NCBI GenBank assembly: GCA_964016885.1
Contig: OZ024743.1
Location: 285,510,001 to 285,574,000 of the forward strand
Direction of reading: 5' to 3'
DNA length: 64,000 nucleotides
DNA from: Eledone cirrhosa
Taxonomy: Eukaryota
Made by a program: the position numbers and the translations under genes. The notes beneath the pieces were generated by a model. That model ran no database searches. It was not told the DNA's origin and saw only the letters and a list, made by a program, of their open reading frames with translations. Below, piece by piece: positions 24,662 through 34,556 of the stretch (its first letter is position 1; every line of letters starts with the position of its first letter).

Positions 24662-27600
24662 ATGGATGTGTTAAGAGTAGGATGTTTGAATGCACGTGGC
24701 CTGGGCTCAACTTGGAAGCAAGCAAAGCTTCTAAATGACCTCAGGTCATGTAGTATAAATGTAATGGTTATCTGTGAGACTCGAATCAGCGTCATGCGGC
24801 AGCTGGCCCCCACCTTCGATGACTTTGAGGTGCATGCATCTCTCTGTCAACCTGGAGGTGGGGGTGGGGTTGTCGTGCTGCTGCAAAAACACCTGGGTCT
24901 TGCCGTACAGGTTGTGCACTCGGACCCGGAGGGTCGTTTGTTGGTGCTAGACGTTGGCAGTAGTGAAAGTGCGGCCTTGAGACTGGTCGCCGTCTACTCC
25001 CCTTTCGGAGCTGAACGGCCCGACTTCTTCCAGCGTTTGGAGACTTTTCTGGGAACGTCGCGTTCCCTGCTTCTAGCGGGGGATTGGAATGACATCCTAG
25101 ATGCACGTTGGGACTATGCAGGAGCATGTCCTAATAGAGGGGGGTGTAACAGCCTCAAGGGGTTACTCGACCGTTTTAACTTGGTCGATAGATATCGACT
25201 AGATTTTCCAACTGTGCCTACCTGGACTTGGAGAAACCACAGTGGTCAATCTAGATCGTACTTAGATAGATTCTTAGTTAGAAGTAAGGATAGGGACATA
25301 TTAAGCTGTCCAGAAATGCGCACGGTTGGCTACACGGATCACAAATTAGTGACCTGCGTGGTCAATCTCGAGAAAACACATAGACAGGGTCCCGGTTACT
25401 GGAAACTTAATTTGTCTTTACCGGCAAAAGAGACTTACAGAAACCGGATTAGCAGATTAGTTAAGGAGAGGTTGACGGGTGCAATCGTCAACAACCGATG
25501 GTGGGCATCTCTCAAAAGAGAGATTAGAACAGAATCAATAAGTTATAGCAAGATGTTAGCTGCCAATAGGAATAGAAACGAGAAAGAATTAACAGGTAAA
25601 TTAGAAGAGGCAATCAAGAGCGAAGATGTGGCCAGAGTGCTGGCATCGAGGACGGCCTTGAACCAGTTTTTCGATGCAAAGCATGAAGGCTGCGTCATTC
25701 GAAGTAAAATACGTGCTCTAGGTAATGAGGGGGCCAAAGCCGTTGGATGGGCCCGCGTGACAGAAGCTAAAAGTGGAAATCGATCCACCATCCGGTCGTT
25801 GCAAGACGAAGATGGACGAGTGATCCGGGAGCCTAAGCAGATGTGCGAGGCCTTTCAAAAGCACTTTGCCCGATTGTTCGGGGGAGGCGAGGGTCCGGGC
25901 CGGGGCGTGGATTTCGGTCCATACCTCGACGGCCTGCCGCGTCTCTCGAGCAAAGAGGCGGAGTCCTGCGAGGGACCAATCTCGGCTGATGAGATCGGAG
26001 ATGCGCTGAGCCAATGCAGCAGACGCAAATCTCCGGGTCTCGATGGTATACCTTACGAACTTTATTTAGCAATGCCGGTCTTCTTCTCCGAACTCCTCGA
26101 AGCGGTCTACTGCAATTGGCAGCAGAACGGGAGAATTCCTTGTTCTGTAGCCAAGGGCGTAGTCACGCTGGTGAGGAAGGACGAGAACAAGGGGGATAGT
26201 ATAAATAATTTTCGGCCCATAACCCTGCTAAACACAGAGTTAAAGATTTTGGCCAAGGTGTTAGCAAAGAGGTTGGCGCTTGTCGTGGGTGGCCTGGTGG
26301 GAGATGCGCAGACATGTGCTATCCCATCCAGGTCCATTCACGATAACCTCCACCTCATGCGATACATCATAGAGAGGGTTGGCAACAAACCCGGCTTCGG
26401 TGGGGCCCTGATCAACTTGGATCAGTCTAAGGCCTTCGATAGGGTCGACCATGGTTACCTAGATGCGGTGCTAGCGGCGGCTGGGTTCGGTCCTGTTTTC
26501 AGAGGCTGGATCACTGCCCTACATAGCAAGCACATCTGTTCTAGGATCAAGGTGAACGGCTACCTTTCGAAGCCGTTCGAAATCACACGATCCATTCGAC
26601 AGGGGTGCCCTCTCTCCTCCCTTCTGTACGTATTGACTCTCGAGCCTTTACTGAGGAAGTTGGAGTTGTTGCAGGGTATCCCCCTGGAACCAGGATTGAG
26701 CAAAGCGGTGTCGGCCTACGCCGATGACGTAACAGTAATGGTATCAACCGACTCGGAGATCGAGGCGATCGGTACCTTACTGGAGGAGTACGAAAGGTTG
26801 TCAGGAGCGAAACTGAACCGGGAAAAATCCATCGGGCTGCAACTCGGAACGTGGAGAGGCAGACCGATGCCTCCCGATGGTGTCGTCGGACACTGGACGG
26901 AGGGCCCGGTAAAGTTGCTTGGGGTCTGGTTTGGACCGGACCTCCAGGTGGAAAAGAACTGGAACGAGGTTACGAACAAGGTGTTTGCACTAACCCAGAA
27001 ATGGGCCAAGTGTAAGCTGTCCCTAAAAGGCCGGGCGGAGGTGGCGAACATTTACATAGCGTCCGTCACTTACTACCGCCTGACTGTCGTGCCTTGCCCT
27101 AAGGAAACACTCACCACCATGGAACGCATGCTCTTCCAATTTCTTTGGAAGAAGCGTCCTCCTATGGTGAGAAGATCCATCTGCTGCCAACAACCTTCGA
27201 AAGGAGGGCTGGGGATGCCGTGGTTGATGATGCGTAGGCACGCATTAAGGCTACGGCACCTACAGGTATTCCTCACTGGTCAACCGGTGTGGGCTCCGTT
27301 CGTGAAACGAGCCTTTCCGAGACTCGTCTCACTCACCGAGCTACAGTCCTGGGTCAAGCAAAGATCCGGAAAACTGGGAGACTGGCACACTGAGTGTGCT
27401 CAGGCGCTCAGGGCTCTCTGGCAAGCGGGCCGGGCCATCGGTGGAGAATCCACCTCATCATTCTATAGAGGGCTGGTGGCTAGCAGGGGCGATGACACCC
27501 TTGGAGAGTCGCTGGACATGGAAGAAGACGAACTGGCCAGCCTGTTCGGTAGGACTTTCGGCCCAGGACCAATGGACAACTTCCAGAAGTCACTGGCCTG

Positions 27601-28099
27601 GCAGTGCTACCGAGGGGCTCTACCCGTTCGAGAGAGGCTCTACAGACACGGGCGCCCGGGCAGGGATCCCTCAAAAAAGATTTGCCCTAGATGCGTGCGT
27701 CACGAAGAAACCGTGGCGCACGCATTGGTGCAATGTCCGGGCGTGGCTGATCTGTGGGGCTACGCCGAACAACTGCTGTCGCGGGTGGCGCCGATTAAAT
27801 TGACAGCCGAGTCCGTGATGACAATCAAACCACCTCCCCTCTTCACAAAGGAAGCAAAGGCGGTTTTTCTGTGCGTAATAGCCATGTTGAAAGAGGTTGT
27901 TTGGTGGACACGATTGAAAGGTCTGAGGTCAGGCAACTTCCTCTCTGGCCATAGTCTGGTCTACTTCTTCCGATATCACTTCGGAAGAAGGATAAGAATG
28001 GAGAGAGAGGTGCTTGGCCACAGGCAGTTTTATGAAAGGTGGGTGATAGTGGCGAGAATGGCTCGTGTAAATGGGCCTTCTCTGTATACCATCCTGTAG
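24662..28099 (+). CDS. ORF2p: APE endonuclease, reverse transcriptase and C-terminal CCHC (1145 aa)
   Basis: APE motifs CLNARG, ICETR, GDWN, YLDRF, TDHK; GPGYWKLN (Tx1/L1 linker); RT NFRPITLL, DQSKAFDRV, RQGCPLS, YADD; KGGLG; CPRC..ETVAHALVQC. Confidence 0.97.
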   Translation: MDVLRVGCLNARGLGSTWKQAKLLNDLRSCSINVMVICETRISVMRQLAPTFDDFEVHASLCQPGGGGGVVVLLQKHLGLAVQVVHSDPEGRLLVLDVGSSESAALRLVAVYSPFGAERPDFFQRLETFLGTSRSLLLAGDWNDILDARWDYAGACPNRGGCNSLKGLLDRFNLVDRYRLDFPTVPTWTWRNHSGQSRSYLDRFLVRSKDRDILSCPEMRTVGYTDHKLVTCVVNLEKTHRQGPGYWKLNLSLPAKETYRNRISRLVKERLTGAIVNNRWWASLKREIRTESISYSKMLAANRNRNEKELTGKLEEAIKSEDVARVLASRTALNQFFDAKHEGCVIRSKIRALGNEGAKAVGWARVTEAKSGNRSTIRSLQDEDGRVIREPKQMCEAFQKHFARLFGGGEGPGRGVDFGPYLDGLPRLSSKEAESCEGPISADEIGDALSQCSRRKSPGLDGIPYELYLAMPVFFSELLEAVYCNWQQNGRIPCSVAKGVVTLVRKDENKGDSINNFRPITLLNTELKILAKVLAKRLALVVGGLVGDAQTCAIPSRSIHDNLHLMRYIIERVGNKPGFGGALINLDQSKAFDRVDHGYLDAVLAAAGFGPVFRGWITALHSKHICSRIKVNGYLSKPFEITRSIRQGCPLSSLLYVLTLEPLLRKLELLQGIPLEPGLSKAVSAYADDVTVMVSTDSEIEAIGTLLEEYERLSGAKLNREKSIGLQLGTWRGRPMPPDGVVGHWTEGPVKLLGVWFGPDLQVEKNWNEVTNKVFALTQKWAKCKLSLKGRAEVANIYIASVTYYRLTVVPCPKETLTTMERMLFQFLWKKRPPMVRRSICCQQPSKGGLGMPWLMMRRHALRLRHLQVFLTGQPVWAPFVKRAFPRLVSLTELQSWVKQRSGKLGDWHTECAQALRALWQAGRAIGGESTSSFYRGLVASRGDDTLGESLDMEEDELASLFGRTFGPGPMDNFQKSLAWQCYRGALPVRERLYRHGRPGRDPSKKICPRCVRHEETVAHALVQCPGVADLWGYAEQLLSRVAPIKLTAESVMTIKPPPLFTKEAKAVFLCVIAMLKEVVWWTRLKGLRSGNFLSGHSLVYFFRYHFGRRIRMEREVLGHRQFYERWVIVARMARVNGPSLYTIL

Positions 28100-28570
28100 G
28101 TAAAGAAGTAAAGGAGAGGGGAGCACCTTCTCCATGTGCTCCCCGGGCAAAGGATTGCACACTTTTTCGGGGGTGTGTGCAACCCCCATCACGTCCCCTC
28201 CCTTTTGAGGTTATTTTCGATTATTTTCATGTTACACCCTTTTTACTCGATTATATGTAAACTCCCCCTTTGTATTTGTCCCTTCTTTTTATGCCTTTAT
28301 GGTAAATAAAGAAATCTATCTATCTATCTATCTATCGAATCTAGCTGTCGTCTGTTCTACAGTGTGGATGTCATTCACTTCGCACAGAAGTTTTGTTCAA
28401 ATTTATTGAGGAAATTTTGTGAGTTCAAACTTAATTTTGATACAATTGTGTAGCTTGACCCTCCGTCTGAACTGTCAGGCGGTGGGTCAGCTCATCTTTA
28501 CCCCTCCTAGAGGTGAAATAACCTGTTTTAAAAAAAATTTTGTGTAAAAAATTTCAATCGTCTAACAGAA

Positions 28571-30448
28571 ATGTTAAACGCAGCGAACGAAAATAGTGGT
28601 GGGGGGACAGCGGTAAGAGTTGTAAGCTCGCACGCTTTAGTCCTCCCTTCCTTCCCAACTAACGTCATAGAGAAGGAAGGAAAAATGAAAATAAAAACGG
28701 ACGAATCTGCGGAGGAAAAATTAAATGACGAAAACAACGGAAAAAAAAAATTTGAAAAATTGCATGACAATACTAATAACACAAACAAAGACACAACAAA
28801 CAAAAAAATAACAGTTGAAAATAACATCATATCAGAAAACAAAGCAGACGACAAGATTTCATTTGCACAGAAAACAAAGAAATCTTTGACTTATATAGCG
28901 GAAAACATTTCAGATGTGGTACGAAGGATCACGGACGCAAAACAATACATAAGTGAAGGTGAGAATGGTATTTTATTGGTAAAAATGCCTCAAGAATTCA
29001 CGAAAGACATTGAAAGCCGAACGGTCAAGTTTCGGACCATCAACAACAGTACAAAAAAACCTGAACAGCCTTCTCAAGCAGATATCAAAACAGTACTCGC
29101 AGAAGTACTGAATGAAACAACTTTCATAAGAAAAGACAGACTGTATGGAAGCCTAGCAATCATCATGAAGAACGAATCGGCGGCAAAAAAATGTGCTTTG
29201 TCACCGATTCGTTCGAAAAATTTCACCTTTTATCCATCTTATATGGGAAAAAAAACTCAACGCATATGGCTGGATGCAATGATGCCAGATGTGGACTACT
29301 GCTGGCTCATAGCTGGCTTCATCGATCCAGTGAATGACAACGTGATTTCCATTGGGAAAACCACAGGCAATGCGTTCAGTGGAACAGGTATAGAGCTGGT
29401 AGTACAAATGAAGCCTGAACGCATCGCCCAAATACCCGACAGAATCCTATTAGAGGACCACGGGTATATAAACATTAGCGTGGAGGGGAGAAGGCCGTCC
29501 TGCCATATCTGTGCAGGCAGAGGGCACCTGAAGGCCGCTTGTCCCCAACTCAACAAAAAGAAAACCCTGCTACCAACACCAGCTCCACCACCACCACCAC
29601 AACAGATAAACAAACAACAAAACTCAGTCCCACCCAACCCGTCCCTCAGTAACACCACAACACCACCACAACACAAACAGTCACAACACATTACCCCAAA
29701 ACAAAATACAGGCCCACCCAACCTCTCACTCAATAAAACAACACAACCACCGCAGACACAACACACAACACAGTCTAACATAGTGACATCCATCTCCCCC
29801 ACAAAGAAAACCAACACGGAAACATTACCAGCAAACATACCTCTTCCCTCCAACACTGAAGATAACCCAACGAATTCGGAGGAAGAAACGGAGTCCTTCA
29901 GACAGATTAAAAGGAAAAAAAGAAAACATGTGCAAAACACACAAGGACAAACAACCCCCACCCAAATCGCAACACAATCTAACAAAACAGAAAACACCCC
30001 TCCAGCAACAAACAAAACCAAACCTGCCCCTCCCCTCTTCGAAACACTCACACCATCGGAAAAAAAGACATTACACTATACTTACATCAACAGAAACAAT
30101 AATAAATTAAATGAACTCATATACAATAATCCTTCGGTACAAACCGAAGGTGTAAACTTTGTTTCATCAGAAAACCACCCACATTTAAAACTAATAAAAA
30201 TCCCAATGAACCTCTACCAAAAACTAAAAAAGGATTTTAAGGAGGACGTAGGACCACCCTCTGTCAAACCCATAAACCGCGTCCTACTAAAAAGCTTTCC
30301 CCCTCCCCTTCCCCTCCCCAACACAACTCCAAACACCCCAACCCCACCACACACCGACGACCCCACACCACCACAAGACACCCCTTCACCCAACAACCCC
30401 GACCCCATGGAAGTCGTGCAACCCGAACCCCGGGAAGCGGAAAGGTAG
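28571..30448 (+). CDS. ORF1p copy 2 (625 aa)
   Basis: Protein identical to copy 1 ORF1. Confidence 0.92.
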   Translation: MLNAANENSGGGTAVRVVSSHALVLPSFPTNVIEKEGKMKIKTDESAEEKLNDENNGKKKFEKLHDNTNNTNKDTTNKKITVENNIISENKADDKISFAQKTKKSLTYIAENISDVVRRITDAKQYISEGENGILLVKMPQEFTKDIESRTVKFRTINNSTKKPEQPSQADIKTVLAEVLNETTFIRKDRLYGSLAIIMKNESAAKKCALSPIRSKNFTFYPSYMGKKTQRIWLDAMMPDVDYCWLIAGFIDPVNDNVISIGKTTGNAFSGTGIELVVQMKPERIAQIPDRILLEDHGYINISVEGRRPSCHICAGRGHLKAACPQLNKKKTLLPTPAPPPPPQQINKQQNSVPPNPSLSNTTTPPQHKQSQHITPKQNTGPPNLSLNKTTQPPQTQHTTQSNIVTSISPTKKTNTETLPANIPLPSNTEDNPTNSEEETESFRQIKRKKRKHVQNTQGQTTPTQIATQSNKTENTPPATNKTKPAPPLFETLTPSEKKTLHYTYINRNNNKLNELIYNNPSVQTEGVNFVSSENHPHLKLIKIPMNLYQKLKKDFKEDVGPPSVKPINRVLLKSFPPPLPLPNTTPNTPTPPHTDDPTPPQDTPSPNNPDPMEVVQPEPREAER

Positions 30449-30481
30449 GTCTCTACACTCTCCTTTGGCTCTGCCGCCCAC

Positions 30482-33400
30482 ATGGATGTGTTAAGAGTAG
30501 GATGTTTGAATGCACGTGGCCTGGGCTCAACTTGGAAGCAAGCAAAGCTTCTAAATGACCTCAGGTCATGTAGTATAAATGTAATGGTTATCTGTGAGAC
30601 TCGAATCAGCGTCATGCGGCAGCTGGCCCCCACCTTCGATGACTTTGAGGTGCATGCATCTCTCTGTCAACCTGGAGGTGGGGGTGGGGTTGTCGTGCTG
30701 CTGCAAAAACACCTGGGTCTTGCCGTACAGGTTGTGCACTCGGACCCGGAGGGTCGTTTGTTGGTGCTAGACGTTGGCAGTAGTGAAAGTGCGGCCTTGA
30801 GACTGGTCGCCGTCTACTCCCCTTTCGGAGCTGAACGGCCCGACTTCTTCCAGCGTTTGGAGACTTTTCTGGGAACGTCGCGTTCCCTGCTTCTAGCGGG
30901 GGATTGGAATGACATCCTAGATGCACGTTGGGACTATGCAGGAGCATGTCCTAATAGAGGGGGGTGTAACAGCCTCAAGGGGTTACTCGACCGTTTTAAC
31001 TTGGTCGATAGATATCGACTAGATTTTCCAACTGTGCCTACCTGGACTTGGAGAAACCACAGTGGTCAATCTAGATCGTACTTAGATAGATTCTTAGTTA
31101 GAAGTAAGGATAGGGACATATTAAGCTGTCCAGAAATGCGCACGGTTGGCTACACGGATCACAAATTAGTGACCTGCGTGGTCAATCTCGAGAAAACACA
31201 TAGACAGGGTCCCGGTTACTGGAAACTTAATTTGTCTTTACCGGCAAAAGAGGCTTACAGAAACCGGATTAGCAGATTAGTTAAGGAGAGGTTGACGGGT
31301 GCAATCGTCAACAACCGATGGTGGGCATCTCTCAAAAGAGAGATTAGAACAGAATCAATAAGTTATAGCAAGATGTTAGCTGCCAATAGGAATAGAAACG
31401 AGAAAGAATTAACAGGTAAATTAGAAGAGGCAATCAAGAGCGAAGATGTGGCCAGAGTGCTGGCATCGAGGACGGCCTTGAACCAGTTTTTCGATGCAAA
31501 GCATGAAGGCTGCGTCATTCGAAGTAAAATACGTGCTCTAGGTAATGAGGGGGCCAAAGCCGTTGGATGGGCCCGCGTGACAGAAGCTAAAAGTGGAAAT
31601 CGATCCACCATCCGGTCGTTGCAAGACGAAGATGGACGAGTGATCCGGGAGCCTAAGCAGATGTGCGAGGCCTTTCAAAAGCACTTTGCCCGATTGTTCG
31701 GGGGAGGCGAGGGTCCGGGCCGGGGCGTGGATTTCGGTCCATACCTCGACGGCCTGCCACGTCTCTCGAACAAAGAGGCAGAGTCCTGCGAGGGACCAAT
31801 CTCGGCTGATGAGATCGGAGATGCGCTGAGCCAATGCAGCAGACGCAAATCTCCAGGTCTCGATGGTATACCTTACGAACTTTATTTAGCAATGCCGGTC
31901 TTCTTCTCCGAACTCCTCGAAGCGGTCTACTGCAATTGGCAGCAGAACGGGAGAATTCCTTGTTCTGTAGCCAAGGGCGTAGTCACGCTGGTGAGGAAGG
32001 ACGAGAACAAGGGGGATAGTATAAATAATTTTCGGCCCATAACCCTGCTAAACACAGAGTTAAAGATTTTGGCCAAGGTGTTAGCAAAGAGGTTGGCGCT
32101 TGTCGTGGGTGGCCTGGTGGGAGATGCGCAGACATGTGCTATCCCATCCAGGTCCATTCACGATAACCTCCACCTCATGCGATACATCATAGAGAGGGTT
32201 GGCAACAAACCCGGCTTCGGTGGGGCCCTGATCAACTTGGATCAGTCTAAGGCCTTCGATAGGGTCGACCATGGTTACCTGGATGCGGTGCTAGCAGCGG
32301 CTGGGTTCGGTCCTGTTTTCAGAGGCTGGATCACTGCCCTACATAGCAACCACATCTGTTCTAGGATCAAGGTGAACGGCTACCTTTCGAAGCCGTTCGA
32401 AATCACACGATCCATTCGACAGGGGTGCCCTCTCTCCTCCCTTCTGTACGTATTGACTCTCGAGCCTTTACTGAGGAAGTTGGAGTTGTTGCAGGGTATC
32501 CCCCTGGAACCAGGATTGAGCAAAGCGGTGTCGGCCTACGCCGATGACGTAACAGTAATGGTATCAACCGACTCGGAGATCGAGGCGATCGGTACCTTAC
32601 TGGAGGAGTACGAAAGGTTGTCAGGAGCGAAACTGAACCGGGAAAAATCCATCGGGCTGCAACTCGGAACGTGGAGAGGCAAACCGATGCCTCCTGACGG
32701 TGTCGTCGGACACTGGACGGAGGGCCCGGTAAAGTTGCTTGGGGTCTGGTTTGGACCGGACCTCCAGGTGGAAAAGAACTGGAACGAGGTTACGAACAAG
32801 GTGTTTGCACTAACCCAGAAATGGGCCAAGTGTAAGCTGTCCCTAAAAGGCCGGGCGGAGGTGGCGAACATTTACATAGCGTCCGTCACTTACTACCGCC
32901 TGACTGTCGTGCCTTGCCCTAAGGAAACACTCACCACCATGGAACGCATGCTCTTCCAATTTCTTTGGAAGAAGCGTCCTCCTATGGTGAGAAGATCCAT
33001 CTGCTGCCAACAACCTTCGAAAGGAGGGCTGGGGATGCCGTGGTTGATGATGCGTAGGCACGCATTAAGGCTACGGCACCTACAGGTATTCCTCACTGGT
33101 CAACCGGTGTGGGCTCCGTTCGTGAAACGAGCCTTTCCGAGACTCGTCTCACTCACCGAGCTACAGTCCTGGGTCAAGCAAAGATCCGGAAAACTGGGAG
33201 ACTGGCACACTGAGTGTGCTCAGGCGCTCAGGGCTCTCTGGCAAGCGGGCCGGGCCATCGGTGGAGAATCCACCTCATCATTCTATAGAGGGCTGGTGGC
33301 TAGCAGGGGCGATGACACCCTTGGAGAGTCGCTGGACATGGAAGAAGACGAACTGGCCAGCCTGTTCGGTAGGACTTTCGGCCCAGGACCAATGGACAAC

Positions 33401-33865
33401 TTCCAGAAGTCACTGGCCTGGCAGTGCTACCGAGGGGCTCTACCCGTTCGAGAGAGGCTCTACAGACACGGGCGCCCGGACAGGGATCCCTCAAAAAAGA
33501 TTTGCCCTAGATGCGTGCGTCACGAAGAAACCGTGGCGCACGCATTGGTGCAATGTCCTGGCGTGGCTGATCTGTGGGGCTACGCCGAACAACTGCTGTC
33601 GCGGGTGGCGCCGATTAAATTGACCGCCGAGTCCGTGATGACAATCAAACCGCCTCCCCTCTTCACAAAGGAAGCAAAGGCGGTTTTTCTGTGCGTAATA
33701 GCCATGTTGAAAGAGGTTGTTTGGTGGACACGATTGAAAGGTCTGAGGTCAGGCAACTTCCTCTCTGGCCATAGTCTGGTCTACTTCTTCCGATATCACT
33801 TCGGAAGAAGGATAAGAAGGAGAGAGAGGTGCTTGGCCACAGGCAGTTTTATGAAAGGTGGGTGA
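30482..33865 (+). CDS. ORF2p copy 2 (1127 aa; C-terminus frameshifted)
   Basis: All APE, RT and CCHC motifs intact; ataagaaTgga reads ataagaagga near 33818, replacing the last ~33 aa. Confidence 0.9.
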   Translation: MDVLRVGCLNARGLGSTWKQAKLLNDLRSCSINVMVICETRISVMRQLAPTFDDFEVHASLCQPGGGGGVVVLLQKHLGLAVQVVHSDPEGRLLVLDVGSSESAALRLVAVYSPFGAERPDFFQRLETFLGTSRSLLLAGDWNDILDARWDYAGACPNRGGCNSLKGLLDRFNLVDRYRLDFPTVPTWTWRNHSGQSRSYLDRFLVRSKDRDILSCPEMRTVGYTDHKLVTCVVNLEKTHRQGPGYWKLNLSLPAKEAYRNRISRLVKERLTGAIVNNRWWASLKREIRTESISYSKMLAANRNRNEKELTGKLEEAIKSEDVARVLASRTALNQFFDAKHEGCVIRSKIRALGNEGAKAVGWARVTEAKSGNRSTIRSLQDEDGRVIREPKQMCEAFQKHFARLFGGGEGPGRGVDFGPYLDGLPRLSNKEAESCEGPISADEIGDALSQCSRRKSPGLDGIPYELYLAMPVFFSELLEAVYCNWQQNGRIPCSVAKGVVTLVRKDENKGDSINNFRPITLLNTELKILAKVLAKRLALVVGGLVGDAQTCAIPSRSIHDNLHLMRYIIERVGNKPGFGGALINLDQSKAFDRVDHGYLDAVLAAAGFGPVFRGWITALHSNHICSRIKVNGYLSKPFEITRSIRQGCPLSSLLYVLTLEPLLRKLELLQGIPLEPGLSKAVSAYADDVTVMVSTDSEIEAIGTLLEEYERLSGAKLNREKSIGLQLGTWRGKPMPPDGVVGHWTEGPVKLLGVWFGPDLQVEKNWNEVTNKVFALTQKWAKCKLSLKGRAEVANIYIASVTYYRLTVVPCPKETLTTMERMLFQFLWKKRPPMVRRSICCQQPSKGGLGMPWLMMRRHALRLRHLQVFLTGQPVWAPFVKRAFPRLVSLTELQSWVKQRSGKLGDWHTECAQALRALWQAGRAIGGESTSSFYRGLVASRGDDTLGESLDMEEDELASLFGRTFGPGPMDNFQKSLAWQCYRGALPVRERLYRHGRPDRDPSKKICPRCVRHEETVAHALVQCPGVADLWGYAEQLLSRVAPIKLTAESVMTIKPPPLFTKEAKAVFLCVIAMLKEVVWWTRLKGLRSGNFLSGHSLVYFFRYHFGRRIRRRERCLATGSFMKGG

Positions 33866-34155
33866 TAGTGGCGAGAATGGCTCGTGTAAATGGGCCTTCT
33901 CTGTATACCATCCTGTAGGTAAAGAAGTAAAGGAGAGGGGAGCACCTTCTCCATGTGCTCCCCGGGCAAAGGATTGCACACTTTTTCGGGGGTGTGTGCA
34001 ACCCCCATCACGCCCCCTCCCTTTTGAGGTTATTTTCGATTATTTTCATGTTACACCCTTTTTACTCGATTATATGTAAACTCCCTCTTTGTATTTGTCC
34101 CTTCTTTTTATGCCTTTATGGTAAATAAAGAAATCTATCTATCTATCTATCTATC

Positions 34156-34236
34156 TACACCCTTTTTACTCGATTATATGTAAACTCCCCCTTTGTATTT
34201 GTCCCTTCTTTTTATGCCTTTATGGTAAATAAAGAA

Positions 34237-34237
<1 letters not shown>
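34156..34237 (+). mobile_element. 82-bp 5'-truncated Tx1 family A insertion (3' terminus only)
   Basis: tacaccctttttactcg...ggtaaataaagaaa flanked by (TATC)n on both sides. Confidence 0.9.
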
Positions 34238-34313
<76 letters not shown>

Positions 34314-34556
34314 ACTATCTATATCATCTAGCTGTCGTCTGTTCTACAGTGTGGATGTCATTCACTTCGCACAGAAGTTTTGTTCAAATTTATTGAGGAA
34401 ATTTTGTGAGTTCAAACTTAATTTTGATACAATTGTGTAGCTTGACCCTCCGTCTGAACTGTCAGGCGGTGGGTCAGCTCATCTTTACCCCTCCTAGAGG
34501 TGAAAAACCTGTTTTAAAAAAAAATTTGTGTAAAAAATTTCAATCGTCTAACAGAA

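Larger units (their letters stand above)
22517..28314 (+). mobile_element. Tx1/L1-clade non-LTR retrotransposon, family A copy 1 (full-length, intact)
   Basis: ~234-nt 5'UTR, ORF1, ORF2, ~215-nt 3'UTR ending AATAAA-GAAA then (TCTA)n; 5820-bp period with copy 2. Confidence 0.95.
28337..34133 (+). mobile_element. Tx1 family A copy 2 (full-length; 1-bp deletion near the ORF2 end)
   Basis: Near-identical to copy 1; flanked by (TATC)n at 28315-28336 and 34134-34157. Confidence 0.95.
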
